Part shown: positions 51,023-61,047 of the stretch, piece by piece
Numbering within the stretch: position 1 is the stretch's first letter
How the letters are laid out: every line of letters begins with the position of its first letter
Assembly: GCA_049512075.1 (NCBI GenBank)
Contig: JBEKXL010000006.1
Span: 58,439 to 122,438 of the forward strand
DNA: 64,000 nt
Reading direction: 5' to 3'
Source: Candidatus Bathyarchaeia archaeon
GTDB lineage: Archaea > Thermoproteota > Bathyarchaeia > Bathyarchaeales > Bathycorpusculaceae
Program-made: the position numbers and the translations under genes
The notes under the pieces: model-generated
What the model was told of the DNA's origin: nothing
What the model saw: the letters and a program-made list of their open reading frames with translations, nothing else
Database searches by the model: none

Positions 51023-52261
51023 TTACTTCTTGCCTATTCTTCCCTCCCACATTTTCTCCAGGAGTTCACTGACGTTTTCTAATGTCGGTTTCGTAGGGTT
51101 GAAAGTTTTCAAGTCGTAAAGAAATTGCCGTTCCTTCACTATGTATTCCGCGAGAGGCTTCAAATCCTTCTCAGGTACACCTGCTTCCTTCAGGTTTGCT
51201 GGCAAATCCACGTCTTTCATCAGTTTCAACACGGCGTGTATAGCTTTGAAAGAGGCTTGGCGTTCAGTCAAACCTGCTGTGTCCTCTCCTGCAACAGTTG
51301 CCAGCGACGCAAGTTTGTCTTCCAACAGCGGCAAATTGTACTCCATAGCATACGGTAACGCTATTGCACAAGCAACGCCGTGGGGAATTTTGTACCTAGA
51401 ACCGACCGCTTCTGATATGCAGTGACCAATCGTCGCCGGCCCGCCTACCCACGGAAACCCTATTACCCAACCACCAAGAGTTGCAGCTAGACTCATGTTC
51501 CACCGCGCTTTGATGTCTTCTCCATGGTGGTAGGCCCTGCGCAGGCTCTCAAAAACCAGCTTCACAGCCGCTAGGGATAAGGCGTCCGATATGGGGTTGG
51601 CCTGCGCCGACATAAAAGCCTCGACAACGTGGCTTAAAGCGTCCATGCCCGTTCCAGCCGTCGTCCTAGGCGGCAAGCCACGGCACAGCAGTGGATCTAC
51701 TATTGCCGCTTCAGCGAGTATTTTGTTGTCGGTTATCCATGTCTTATACTGCTGTTCTATTATCACCAGCGTATTGGAAGCTTCACTTCCTGTTCCTGCC
51801 GTGGTCGGTATCAGTATCTTCGGTAAGGTCTTATTCTTGACCTCCTTTGGCGTCACTCCGACGTGAACGCAATACTCTTGTGGGTCACCAGGATTGGTGG
51901 CCATCGTGGCCGAAACCTTTGCTGAGTCCAAGCAGCTACCTCCTCCGACTCCGACCACCACATCATACTTCTCCAATCTGGATGCTTTGGCAACTGCTCT
52001 GGCGTTGTCCATTGTCGGTTCGGCAACTGGAATCTTGTACAGGCTAACGGCTAACCCATTCTCTCTGATTGATTTCAGAATGGTACCCAGAATCCCGGCT
52101 TTTTCGATATTCTCGTCGCTTATAACGAGTATCTTGCCTCCTCCAAGCCGTTTAGCTTCTTCTCCAACCCTTTCTGATGCGCCGACGCCGAAGATTATTT
52201 TCTGCGGGTTTTGAAATTCAATGAGCTTCGTAATCCCTACCTCATTCTCGACAGGAGTCAT
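51023..52261 (-). CDS. iron-containing alcohol dehydrogenase
   Basis: GGGSCLD, IPTTAGTGSE, DALSH and PHG. Confidence 0.93.
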   Translation of the reverse strand: MTPVENEVGITKLIEFQNPQKIIFGVGASERVGEEAKRLGGGKILVISDENIEKAGILGTILKSIRENGLAVSLYKIPVAEPTMDNARAVAKASRLEKYDVVVGVGGGSCLDSAKVSATMATNPGDPQEYCVHVGVTPKEVKNKTLPKILIPTTAGTGSEASNTLVIIEQQYKTWITDNKILAEAAIVDPLLCRGLPPRTTAGTGMDALSHVVEAFMSAQANPISDALSLAAVKLVFESLRRAYHHGEDIKARWNMSLAATLGGWVIGFPWVGGPATIGHCISEAVGSRYKIPHGVACAIALPYAMEYNLPLLEDKLASLATVAGEDTAGLTERQASFKAIHAVLKLMKDVDLPANLKEAGVPEKDLKPLAEYIVKERQFLYDLKTFNPTKPTLENVSELLEKMWEGRIGKK

Positions 52262-52472
52262 ACATTCGCCTGATTTCTAACTATAATAAACGGGCAGCTT
52301 TTAAGATTTCTCAAATGCAACGCTGCACGAGTTCCTATTCTTAATGACACAAAGCTACTGTACAGTTTTCAATGTTGGTGTATTTTAGAATCGTTGAATT
52401 GCAGAACCCGCAAAAGCAGAAACCGCAAAACATATTAGCGCAACGCCTAGATACTCTCGATAGAGAGGGATA

Positions 52473-54050
52473 ATGTCCAAAAAGGGAGACGACAAGAAAC
52501 TCGGGCTATGGCAAAACGTAATGCTCGGGTTAGCCTTCATGGAGCCGGCTTTTTCTCTTTTGGCAACATTCAGCCTTGTTTTGGTGGCAGGATACACATG
52601 GGCTGCAACATCATTAGCTTACCTAGTGGCAGGAATAGTCGCCATAATAACGGCAGTGAGTTTCGCTGAACTCGTCAAAGCCTACCCAAAGGGAGGTAGC
52701 ATATGGACGTTCGGATCCAACTCTGTAGGTCCAAAATTCGGACAGTTCGCGGTTTGGCTCTACTTCTTGGAGATTCTTGTGATTCCAGCAGCTGCTTTGA
52801 TACCTGTCGGGTTCTTTGCACTCGACTGGCTCGGTATATCGCCTTGGATAACAGTGCTGGTAGGTGTCGTGATCCTCATGGGGCTTGTGATCCGCGGGAC
52901 AAAACTTTCGTTCAGAGCTATCCTCGGGCTTTTCCTAGTTGAAATCGGTATCCTTCTCGCGTTTGCGGTAAGCGCGATACTCTTTTCAATCAACCTCGGC
53001 ACTTTCGGATACATGTCGGTAGATGCGATAACGCCAGCCGGATCACTCTTTGGCTGGGCAGGAATAATGGTCGGGGGAACTGTGGCCGTCTTCTCGTACA
53101 TCGGTTTCGAATCCTCAGCAAACATGGTGGAGGAAACAAAGGCGCCGACAAGAAATATTCCTCGAGCCATAATCATCTCAGCTATCGTAGGCACGATTTT
53201 GTACACGTTCTTCGCGTGGGCGTTCGTAATGGCAATCCCAAGCAGGGGACTCTTCTCACTTCAGTTCTACATAAACCCAGTTCCTGACATGGCAGCAGTA
53301 ATCTGGGGAAATAATCTCAGAGGAGTCATCGACCTAGCAGGAATGATTGGAGGGTTCACAGCTGCTCTGGCCTCAGTCACTGCGGGGAGTCGACTGCTGC
53401 AGAAACTCGGCGAAGACAAGATCATACCGAGTTCTTTCCACAAAACCCACTCAAAATACCTTACACCCGTAGTCGCAATCTTGTTCATGGGTTTGCTTGC
53501 ACTCATCCTCGGCGAGTTCGCACCTTGGGAAGTTGTTGTTTACACCGTTGCAGTCGGTGCAATACCCGCGTTCATAATCACTAACTTTCTCGCGTTTTGG
53601 ACCTATATGAAAAAAGGGCTTGGAATAAAGAACATGGTTGTTCACGCGATTCTTCCTTGGGCAGGCATCGCGCTGTGCTCTTGGTTCATCCTAGTGGGAC
53701 TCCCGGCACAGATGAAAATGCTTCTCATACTTTGGATAGCTGTGGGAGTGTTCGCAGTATTCCTCAACAAAGCCGTAAGACCGCAAGCCTTCTCACCAGA
53801 GAAAGATGCCAAAACGACTAGGAGAACGTGGACAGGTCTAATCCTATCAATCATACTGCTGGGACTCGTCGTGTGGGGTTTCAGCATATGGTACAATTTC
53901 TTCAGCGGGGGCATACAATGGTGGTATGTAGTCGCTCCATACGCTTCTAGCAGCATAGTTGCAGTTGCTGCCACCGTAGTTTTTGCCGCAGCCTTTTTTG
54001 CGTTGATGTGGCGAAGCTTGCTCAAGAAAAAAGTCGAGGTTGCAAAATAG
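52473..54050 (+). CDS. APC family amino acid/amine permease
   Basis: AELVKAYPKGGS, FSYIGFE and EETKAP. Confidence 0.92.
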   Translation: MSKKGDDKKLGLWQNVMLGLAFMEPAFSLLATFSLVLVAGYTWAATSLAYLVAGIVAIITAVSFAELVKAYPKGGSIWTFGSNSVGPKFGQFAVWLYFLEILVIPAAALIPVGFFALDWLGISPWITVLVGVVILMGLVIRGTKLSFRAILGLFLVEIGILLAFAVSAILFSINLGTFGYMSVDAITPAGSLFGWAGIMVGGTVAVFSYIGFESSANMVEETKAPTRNIPRAIIISAIVGTILYTFFAWAFVMAIPSRGLFSLQFYINPVPDMAAVIWGNNLRGVIDLAGMIGGFTAALASVTAGSRLLQKLGEDKIIPSSFHKTHSKYLTPVVAILFMGLLALILGEFAPWEVVVYTVAVGAIPAFIITNFLAFWTYMKKGLGIKNMVVHAILPWAGIALCSWFILVGLPAQMKMLLILWIAVGVFAVFLNKAVRPQAFSPEKDAKTTRRTWTGLILSIILLGLVVWGFSIWYNFFSGGIQWWYVVAPYASSSIVAVAATVVFAAAFFALMWRSLLKKKVEVAK

Positions 54051-56081
54051 ATGAATAATGTCACGCATAACCGATCGAAAATACTGGTCTTAATTGTCTC
54101 CATAGTCTTGATTTCTGCCCTGTTCCTGAGAATCAACGCTGTCCAATTGTCAGATGGACAGGCCACGACGTACATCATTCCAATTGAAGACTGGATCAAG
54201 AACGATGACACCAGTGCGGTACGACTGGTCAACATGCTACTGCAAGAAGAAGTGCCTGTCTACTGGGCATTGAGTAATTTCACGGTAGCAGGAACTACGT
54301 ATCCTGCAGGAACATTCTACATAAGGACACCGTTCACTACACGTTTGGGCGTCTCCAGCGATGACACAATGGGTTGGTTCATGCTGCAGGCAAAATTGAA
54401 CAGAGTGTGGAGAATAGACACAACGACAGAAAATTTCACGGTCAATTCAAAACAGCTAATCCTTCCACAGATAGCGCTCTTCTACGACAAGACAACGTAC
54501 GAAAACGCCCTAGAAACTTACTTGAGATTCAGAAGCTTAGGCTTCAAAATAGTCTTGGCAAACGCTGAAGATTTGTACACCAAATCTTGGAACGAGTCAG
54601 GAAGCGTTCTGAACGAGGCAAACGTGGTGGTGATTCCAGGAGGTGCAGTGCATTTCTGGTCATTTCCAACAGATGAGGCGCTTGCAGAGGGCATAGGAAA
54701 CCTGACCGAATTCATCAAGAACGGAGGAGGATACATCGGAGTCTGTGCTGGGACAGTCGAAGCATTGCAAGGTGTTCAACCCGTTTACTTGCCCCTCGTC
54801 AACGCATCCATGACTTCGCGGGACATGTGGGGGTTGGATTGGAGGCTACTTCAAGGACCATTATACATTAATATTACGCAACCTAGCAACCCAGTAATGT
54901 TTGGTTATGGATCTGATGCCGTTAGACCTGGATACGGGCCACTAACCACAATCTACTACCTCGGTGGCCCTGCGTTGTGCGACCTCGGGGCCAACACGAC
55001 GGTCCTCGCAACGTACGCTGGGCCAATTACGCAACAGGTGATGCCGAGTGTGAATAACACGTGGGGATTAGCAGCCGTCGTTGCTGCAGATTACTACGAC
55101 GGCAAGGTAGTCGTGTTCGGACCTCATCCAGAGTATCCTGGCCCTGTCGGGCGCATGTACGCGCAGGCACTGTATTATATTGCAAAGACTCCAAAGCCTT
55201 CGCGTTTAGAGCCAGCAGCATCTCAAGAAATCATGTCTGAGAGCGCAATATCAGAATGTGTCAATACTATAGAATCAACCGTCAACCAGATCAAACCTAC
55301 ACTTGAGGATGCAACTAGAAGCGCGGCAAATATCGTAAACCTGAGAACAGGAGATTATTACAACGTTCTGGGAAATGCGGTCGATGAAGATTTGTTATCA
55401 TTCGATAAAGAAGCTTACAATCAACTCAACGACCTGCAGAGATACACTGTAACGTTCCAATACGAATACTCCAAACTGAACACGCTTAAAGGCATGGTGC
55501 AAGGCGACCCTCAACTCGTGAGCCTTGCCGAATACGGTCAAGCAATGATCAGCAACTTCTTCAATTATACAGAAAACTTGCCCCCGGAGCCGCACACCGT
55601 GACACAAACAGATTGGACTGGAGACGGCCCATTCATGCCGTTCACGCAGGCCGATGAAGCCACGAAGTTTGAAAGCCTTCCTCACATATTTGACTACGTC
55701 GATAATGAGACCAATGCATCACTTTACCCGTTGGCACAGAACTATTCAGTCGTGTACAGAGAGTATAATATATTGAACCGTGAAAACCAAACTGCATACA
55801 CTCTTGAAACAAACCAAACACTATCAGATTTGTACCAGAATATCACCTCACCATGGCCCGTCGGCATCTACTATGTGATAATTTACAGCTTGTTCCACAC
55901 AGAAGACATAGTCCAGTACAAGATAGAATACCCCCTGTTAAACATGCTGACATTAGCCGACAGGGTGAATGAGGTCATCTCGTACGTCGAGTACGCCCTA
56001 GGCTCAGCCGTGGGACCATGGAACTACGCTTCTGCAGAAATACAAGCATTCATAGCACATCCTCAAGGCCCATTCGTGTAG
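54051..56081 (+). CDS. secreted protein with BPL-N / class I amidotransferase-like domain
   Basis: Signal peptide, IPGG, GGGYIGVCAG and GPHPE. Confidence 0.75.
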   Translation: MNNVTHNRSKILVLIVSIVLISALFLRINAVQLSDGQATTYIIPIEDWIKNDDTSAVRLVNMLLQEEVPVYWALSNFTVAGTTYPAGTFYIRTPFTTRLGVSSDDTMGWFMLQAKLNRVWRIDTTTENFTVNSKQLILPQIALFYDKTTYENALETYLRFRSLGFKIVLANAEDLYTKSWNESGSVLNEANVVVIPGGAVHFWSFPTDEALAEGIGNLTEFIKNGGGYIGVCAGTVEALQGVQPVYLPLVNASMTSRDMWGLDWRLLQGPLYINITQPSNPVMFGYGSDAVRPGYGPLTTIYYLGGPALCDLGANTTVLATYAGPITQQVMPSVNNTWGLAAVVAADYYDGKVVVFGPHPEYPGPVGRMYAQALYYIAKTPKPSRLEPAASQEIMSESAISECVNTIESTVNQIKPTLEDATRSAANIVNLRTGDYYNVLGNAVDEDLLSFDKEAYNQLNDLQRYTVTFQYEYSKLNTLKGMVQGDPQLVSLAEYGQAMISNFFNYTENLPPEPHTVTQTDWTGDGPFMPFTQADEATKFESLPHIFDYVDNETNASLYPLAQNYSVVYREYNILNRENQTAYTLETNQTLSDLYQNITSPWPVGIYYVIIYSLFHTEDIVQYKIEYPLLNMLTLADRVNEVISYVEYALGSAVGPWNYASAEIQAFIAHPQGPFV

Positions 56082-56085
56082 GCAG

Positions 56086-56469
56086 ATGACCCGGATGACA
56101 ACAGGAAATGTTGGGCGAAAACGGAAGATGAGTGGCATAATCAGCGGACTCACAACAATCGTCGTTGGAATAATCATAACTGCCGTTCTGTGGTGGTTGC
56201 TCGGTGGATTCGGTTTCTGGGAACTCCCGGGCGTAGCGATACTGTTCATCGGCATCGGTGAAGTTCTCTACAAGATATACGTGGCAGGTACTGACAAGAG
56301 GACTCCGTTATTACGCGGAGGGATTCTTTTGATGTTCATAGGTTTGGCAGGTTACGTCAGCTTTGAGGGCTACTTCTTGTTTGGAACATTTCAAATACTA
56401 TCGCTAATCGCAACGGTCATCGGACTAGTGCTGCTCCTAGCGGGGTTCGTTTCAGCTTCCAAACACTGA
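56086..56469 (+). CDS. small four-TM membrane protein
   Basis: Four hydrophobic segments; operonic spacing. Confidence 0.75.
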   Translation: MTRMTTGNVGRKRKMSGIISGLTTIVVGIIITAVLWWLLGGFGFWELPGVAILFIGIGEVLYKIYVAGTDKRTPLLRGGILLMFIGLAGYVSFEGYFLFGTFQILSLIATVIGLVLLLAGFVSASKH

Positions 56470-56524
56470 GCAATCAAATCTGGTCTGAACGTCGTTGCGC
56501 GGCATTCAAAGGAAATGATGGAAA

Positions 56525-58444
56525 ATGTTAGGTTTTAACGGACAAATATTGCGGGTGAATCTGTCCAGTAAGAAAGCCACAAAAGACGTGTTCACAGAGG
56601 CTGATGCAAAAAAATACTTGGGTGGAAGAGGTCTAGCCATCAAGATACTGTTCGATGAGCTCAGACCAGGGATTGATGCGTTGGGGCCGGAAAACAAGCT
56701 GGTTTACGCGGCAGGACCATTTGCTGGAACGGGGTTCCCGTTGAACTCTCGCTGGATCGTGGCCGCAAAGTCGCCCTTGACTGGAATCTGGGGCGAAGCT
56801 GCTTGCGGCGGCACCTTTGCGGTCCAGTTGAGAAAGGCTGGCTATGACGCACTGGTTGTTGAGGGCGCATCCACATCCCCCGTGTATATCGACATAATGG
56901 ACGATGATGTGCAAGTCAAAAACGCTTCCCACCTCTGGGGAAAGATGACTTTAGACACAGAGATCGCCATAGCTCACGACCTTGGAATAAAAACACGTAA
57001 GGAAGATGACCCGGCGATCGTGTGCATCGGTCCAGCAGGAGAAAAACTAGTGAAAATGGCAAACGTTATGCACACCGCACATCGAGCCGCGGGCAGAACA
57101 GGCTTGGGAGCAGTGATGGGCTCTAAGAAACTCAAGGCTGTCGCAGTTCGCGGAACCAAGAACATTCCAGTCGCTGACCCAGAAAATCTGAAAAGACTAA
57201 CGAAGGCCACGGTCACCGAATGCACGACGAACAAGAGTTTAGTCCTTTTCTCCAAGTATGGACAAGCTGGTCTGGTGGATGTTTTGAACGAGAGCGGTAT
57301 ACTTCCAACCAAAAACTTCCAGAACGGAACGTTCCAGCACTACGAAAAAATAAGCGGAAGGACCATGGCCGAAACAATTCTCAAGAAGAAGAACGCTTGC
57401 TCCCAGTGTCCAATCGCCTGCAAAAGGATGGTGGAGGTCGATCGGGGATCCTACGCACCCATCGACGCAGGCTATGGTGGCCCAGAATACGAAAATGTCG
57501 CATCTTTGGGATCGCTCCTCCTAATAGGGGACTTGGAGGCAGTGTCAAAAGAGAACCAGATGTGCAACGCGTATGGAATAGACACGATCTCGGTAGGTGT
57601 AATAATTGCTTGGCTGATGGAGTGCTACGAGAGGGGAATAATCTCAAAGGAAGACATCGATGGCATAGAAGCGACATGGGGCAACGCTGAAGCTGCGATG
57701 AAACTCATCGAAAAAACGTCTACTCGCGAGGGTATAGGGAATCTCCTCGCCGAAGGCATCAAGAAAGCAGCGAAGAAAATAGGCAGAGGCTCAGAAAAGT
57801 ACGCGATGGAAGTCAAGGGTCTGGAGGTTCCGATGCATGAACCCAGGGGCAAAAAAGGCGTCGGCTTGGCGTATGCGATTTCCGCAAGGGGAGCATGCCA
57901 CATGCAGGCCTTCCATGACACGGATACCGAAGCCGAGAATGTTGCACCCGAAATCGGAATTTCGAAAGGGCTGAACAGACACGATACCTCCAAAGACAAG
58001 GTCGACATGGTCAAGAAATCACAAGACTGGGTCGCCGTCACCAACTCTCTCCTGCTATGCACAGCACCCGCATGGGTCGGGTTCGACTACACGAAACCCA
58101 CCTTCTTAGTTGAAACATTGAACGCCATCACGGGAATGAACTTCACAGTAAACGAGCTGATGACCATAGGAGAAAGAATGAACAACCTATGCCGATGCTT
58201 CAACGTAAGAGAAGGCACAACCAGAAAGGACGACTACCTACCACCGAGATTCACAGAAGAACCCCTCCCCGACGGTCCATCAAAAGGACAACGCATAACC
58301 AACGAGGAACTCCAAAAAATGCTCGACAACTACTACGAGCTGAGAGGATGGAACAAGAACACAGGAATTCCGAACCGAGAAAAACTCATCGAACTCGGAC
58401 TCGAGCATGCGGCAAAAGCCATTGAAAAACACCTCCAATCTTAG
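56525..58444 (+). CDS. aor: aldehyde:ferredoxin oxidoreductase (W-dependent AOR family)
   Basis: KSPLTG, GRTGLGAVMGSKKLKA, CxxCxxxC, PEYE and DTIS. Confidence 0.95.
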   Translation: MLGFNGQILRVNLSSKKATKDVFTEADAKKYLGGRGLAIKILFDELRPGIDALGPENKLVYAAGPFAGTGFPLNSRWIVAAKSPLTGIWGEAACGGTFAVQLRKAGYDALVVEGASTSPVYIDIMDDDVQVKNASHLWGKMTLDTEIAIAHDLGIKTRKEDDPAIVCIGPAGEKLVKMANVMHTAHRAAGRTGLGAVMGSKKLKAVAVRGTKNIPVADPENLKRLTKATVTECTTNKSLVLFSKYGQAGLVDVLNESGILPTKNFQNGTFQHYEKISGRTMAETILKKKNACSQCPIACKRMVEVDRGSYAPIDAGYGGPEYENVASLGSLLLIGDLEAVSKENQMCNAYGIDTISVGVIIAWLMECYERGIISKEDIDGIEATWGNAEAAMKLIEKTSTREGIGNLLAEGIKKAAKKIGRGSEKYAMEVKGLEVPMHEPRGKKGVGLAYAISARGACHMQAFHDTDTEAENVAPEIGISKGLNRHDTSKDKVDMVKKSQDWVAVTNSLLLCTAPAWVGFDYTKPTFLVETLNAITGMNFTVNELMTIGERMNNLCRCFNVREGTTRKDDYLPPRFTEEPLPDGPSKGQRITNEELQKMLDNYYELRGWNKNTGIPNREKLIELGLEHAAKAIEKHLQS

Positions 58445-58682
58445 TACTCAAACACGGGGGCTCACATCCAACATAAGCCGCGCGCGCTGAGGAGGACTGT
58501 CGTTCGACGTTTAGGTCTGAGGGCTTTTCTTTCTATGGTGCCCTCGCGCCGATACATCTTATCAGTCAGATCTCTCGATATCTCCTCGGTGCTCCAGCCC
58601 CTGCCGAGCATAGCGGCCAGCTCACTTCAAGGCTAGACTTCCAAAAAAGGAGGGAATTTAGTATAAGTTCACGCTTGAGCGT

Positions 58683-58881
58683 TGGTAACCCAGGAGAGAT
58701 TCGAACTCTCGCCAAGCATATCCAGTATGCTTTTTTACCGGTAAAGTCGGGTGGGGGTCCCACCCCCCACACTCTAATTTCAGGCACACTTCAGGCTTAT
58801 TTCAGCTAATCAAACTCAATTTATGACGTTGTGGAAGGCCTGTGCGGGGGTTAAGAATTGAACACACGTTTACCGGTAAAA
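58683..58881. repeat. cassette junction repeat (E2/E3) with reversed tRNA-like 3' end
   Basis: Minus strand GAGAG-TTCGAAT-CTCTC-CTGGGTT-A-CCA, then TTTACCGGTAAA, att core and left-end repeat. Confidence 0.9.
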
Positions 58882-58992
58882 CCTTGCATTCTGGAGCGCG
58901 GGATAGCTTCAAACTCTCGGTTCAAACTTTTCCTGCGTACACTGCTGTTATTCCTCCCCAGCCAACAAAAAGAAAAAAGGATGGTGGTTGGT

Positions 58993-59496
58993 TTACTCCG
59001 CCAGTTTCTTTCTCAAGAATTCTCTTCGGTCTTTTCTTTCTAGTTTTTCGATTTCTGCTTTGTATTTCTCACGAATCAGTTTCAGCTTGCAGTTCGTGTA
59101 CAGCGCGTCATATACGGGGCTTGTCTTGGCGATGGTTTCATAATCGTCTTTTGAAACGATGCCGAAACCTGTCATGACGGCTTCCATTCCGGCGGCTTCG
59201 GCAGCCATCTCCATTTTGTCCGTGTCGGCAGCTCGGACGATTTTTGCTAACTCCAGGACTGCAGGATCCTTTACCTTGTACTTGTCTATAATAGCGTCGA
59301 AACTGCACTTGTCTCCGTGATGTCCGAGTTCGACTCCTGGTGCATCGTAGGGTATTGCCTTCTCTTTTTTGACTGTCTCCTCAATCTTTTCTACGGGAAC
59401 GAATAGGAATTCGGCTTTCGGGTCTATGAATCGTTTTATTAACCATGGGCATGCGGTTCTGTCTACGTGCACGAATAGTCTTGTTACCCACTTCAT
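58993..59496 (-). CDS. chromate resistance protein ChrB-domain
   Basis: MKWVTR..HVDRTACPWLIKRFID...CSFDA; start set at MKWVT. Confidence 0.88.
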   Translation of the reverse strand: MKWVTRLFVHVDRTACPWLIKRFIDPKAEFLFVPVEKIEETVKKEKAIPYDAPGVELGHHGDKCSFDAIIDKYKVKDPAVLELAKIVRAADTDKMEMAAEAAGMEAVMTGFGIVSKDDYETIAKTSPVYDALYTNCKLKLIREKYKAEIEKLERKDRREFLRKKLAE

Positions 59497-59510
59497 GCTT
59501 TTCATCAACA

Positions 59511-59720
59511 CTATTTGGCTTTCAGTTCTTTGATGCGTTCCTGTACTGCTGCAAGTTCGTTCTTCAGTTCTTGTGTGTACTCTTCTAGTTTCTTGATTTT
59601 CTCTTCTTTCGTTAGAAAGCGGCGAGTGAACTGTCCATATCCGTGGTGGCCTTCGCGCCAACAACGCCCGCCAAATCCATGGTGTTCTTCGCCATGTTCT
59701 TCATGCATACTTTTTTTCAC
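59511..59720 (-). CDS. small His/Gly-rich coiled-coil protein (DUF5320-like)
   Basis: RRFLTKEEKIKKLEEY...ELAAVQERI. Confidence 0.7.
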   Translation of the reverse strand: MKKSMHEEHGEEHHGFGGRCWREGHHGYGQFTRRFLTKEEKIKKLEEYTQELKNELAAVQERIKELKAK

Positions 59721-59808
59721 ACTCTCTTATGTAGATTAACTACTTATCACAGTAGAATATCTACTTACATAAGTTTGACGTCAAGATGAGTTCAAGCTGG
59801 TTTGCAGC

Positions 59809-61047
59809 ATGAATATTACGTCTGACAAAGTGGGAAAAGCCGTCTTTTGGACACTGTGCGTAATGGGAGTCTTTGCAATCCTGAGCTCGACAATGTCTAA
59901 GACTCTGCTTAATCCCTTTGCTATTGCGCTGGGCACGCCTACTGATTGGTCAGGCTTTGTGGGTGCGGCTTCAACCATACCGGGCATTCTAATCAGCCTC
60001 CCTGCGTCTTCGCTTTCCGACATTTACGGCAGAAAGAAGTTCCTGCTAGCATCAGGCTTCGTGTTTGCAACCGCACCTTTCTTCTACCTTTTCATATCAA
60101 CATGGTGGCAGCTCATACTCGTCAGGTTCTACCACGGGTTTGCAACTGCCATCTTCGTTCCCGTAGCCGAAGCCTCGATGGCCGAGTTGTATCCGTCACA
60201 GCGAGGAGAACGCATATCACTCTTCACATCTGCAACGTACGTCGGCAGAAGCATCGCACCTTTCCTCGGAGGATACATACTGTACAGCACCGCAAGCACT
60301 TCCGACCCCCTGTACAACTATCACGTCATGTACCTTGCGGTCGCAGCGGCCGGGCTAGCTGCCTTCGTGATGGCACTGCTGTTTCTAGCTGAAAGAAAGC
60401 CACGCATGCTCGCTGCATCTAAAAAACAAGACACTTTAAGGCGAATGTACGCTGGATGGGGCGCCTTGGCCAAGAATCATGCAGTGTTGGCTGTCAGTTT
60501 TGTGCAGGCCAGCTTGTACTACTCGTTCGGGACGGTGGATTATTTTCTCTCCGGATACTTGAAGGATACACTGCATTTTGACTTCTTCTCAACGGCCGCT
60601 GTTTCGGGCAGCATCATTGTGCTTGCTATCTTCGTAAGAGCTTACATGGGAAGAGTCTCGGACAGAACAGGCAGACGAAAGCCCATAATAGTCGGCCTGC
60701 TGATATGCTCCGTACCGTTGGTTGTCATGCCGTTTTCTTCGGACCTTCGAGTTCTCTTGCTGTTGGCTCTGATCTATGGATTCGGCTTCGCTACAGCGAC
60801 GGCGCCCACAACTGCTCTGATAACGGAGCTGGCACCGTGCGAGTTCATCGGCACCTCGACAGGCTTCTTGGACACCATGATGGACATCGGGCAGACTATT
60901 GGTCCCATAGTCGGAGGGTTCATCCTCGGAACGAGCTTTGGGTACTTTGGCCTATTTCTGTCACCCACTGTAGTCCTGCTCTCTGCTTGCCTAGTCTTCG
61001 CCCTGTCAGGAGTTGCGAAAAGAAAAATCAACCGTGTTGAGGTCTAA
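59809..61047 (+). CDS. MFS transporter
   Basis: SDIYGRK and SDRTGRR motif A copies; about 12 TM segments. Confidence 0.92.
   Translation: MNITSDKVGKAVFWTLCVMGVFAILSSTMSKTLLNPFAIALGTPTDWSGFVGAASTIPGILISLPASSLSDIYGRKKFLLASGFVFATAPFFYLFISTWWQLILVRFYHGFATAIFVPVAEASMAELYPSQRGERISLFTSATYVGRSIAPFLGGYILYSTASTSDPLYNYHVMYLAVAAAGLAAFVMALLFLAERKPRMLAASKKQDTLRRMYAGWGALAKNHAVLAVSFVQASLYYSFGTVDYFLSGYLKDTLHFDFFSTAAVSGSIIVLAIFVRAYMGRVSDRTGRRKPIIVGLLICSVPLVVMPFSSDLRVLLLLALIYGFGFATATAPTTALITELAPCEFIGTSTGFLDTMMDIGQTIGPIVGGFILGTSFGYFGLFLSPTVVLLSACLVFALSGVAKRKINRVEV

Larger units (their letters stand above)
50642..58771. mobile_element. cassette E2: integrase-less element with ADH/APC/AOR cargo
   Basis: Bounded by att cores at 50628-50641 and 58758-58771 (1 mismatch). 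Confidence 0.82.

Noticed and set aside
59497-59664. N-terminal extension of ChrB
   Set aside because: Overlaps the upstream small gene in another frame; the family start is MKWVTR.
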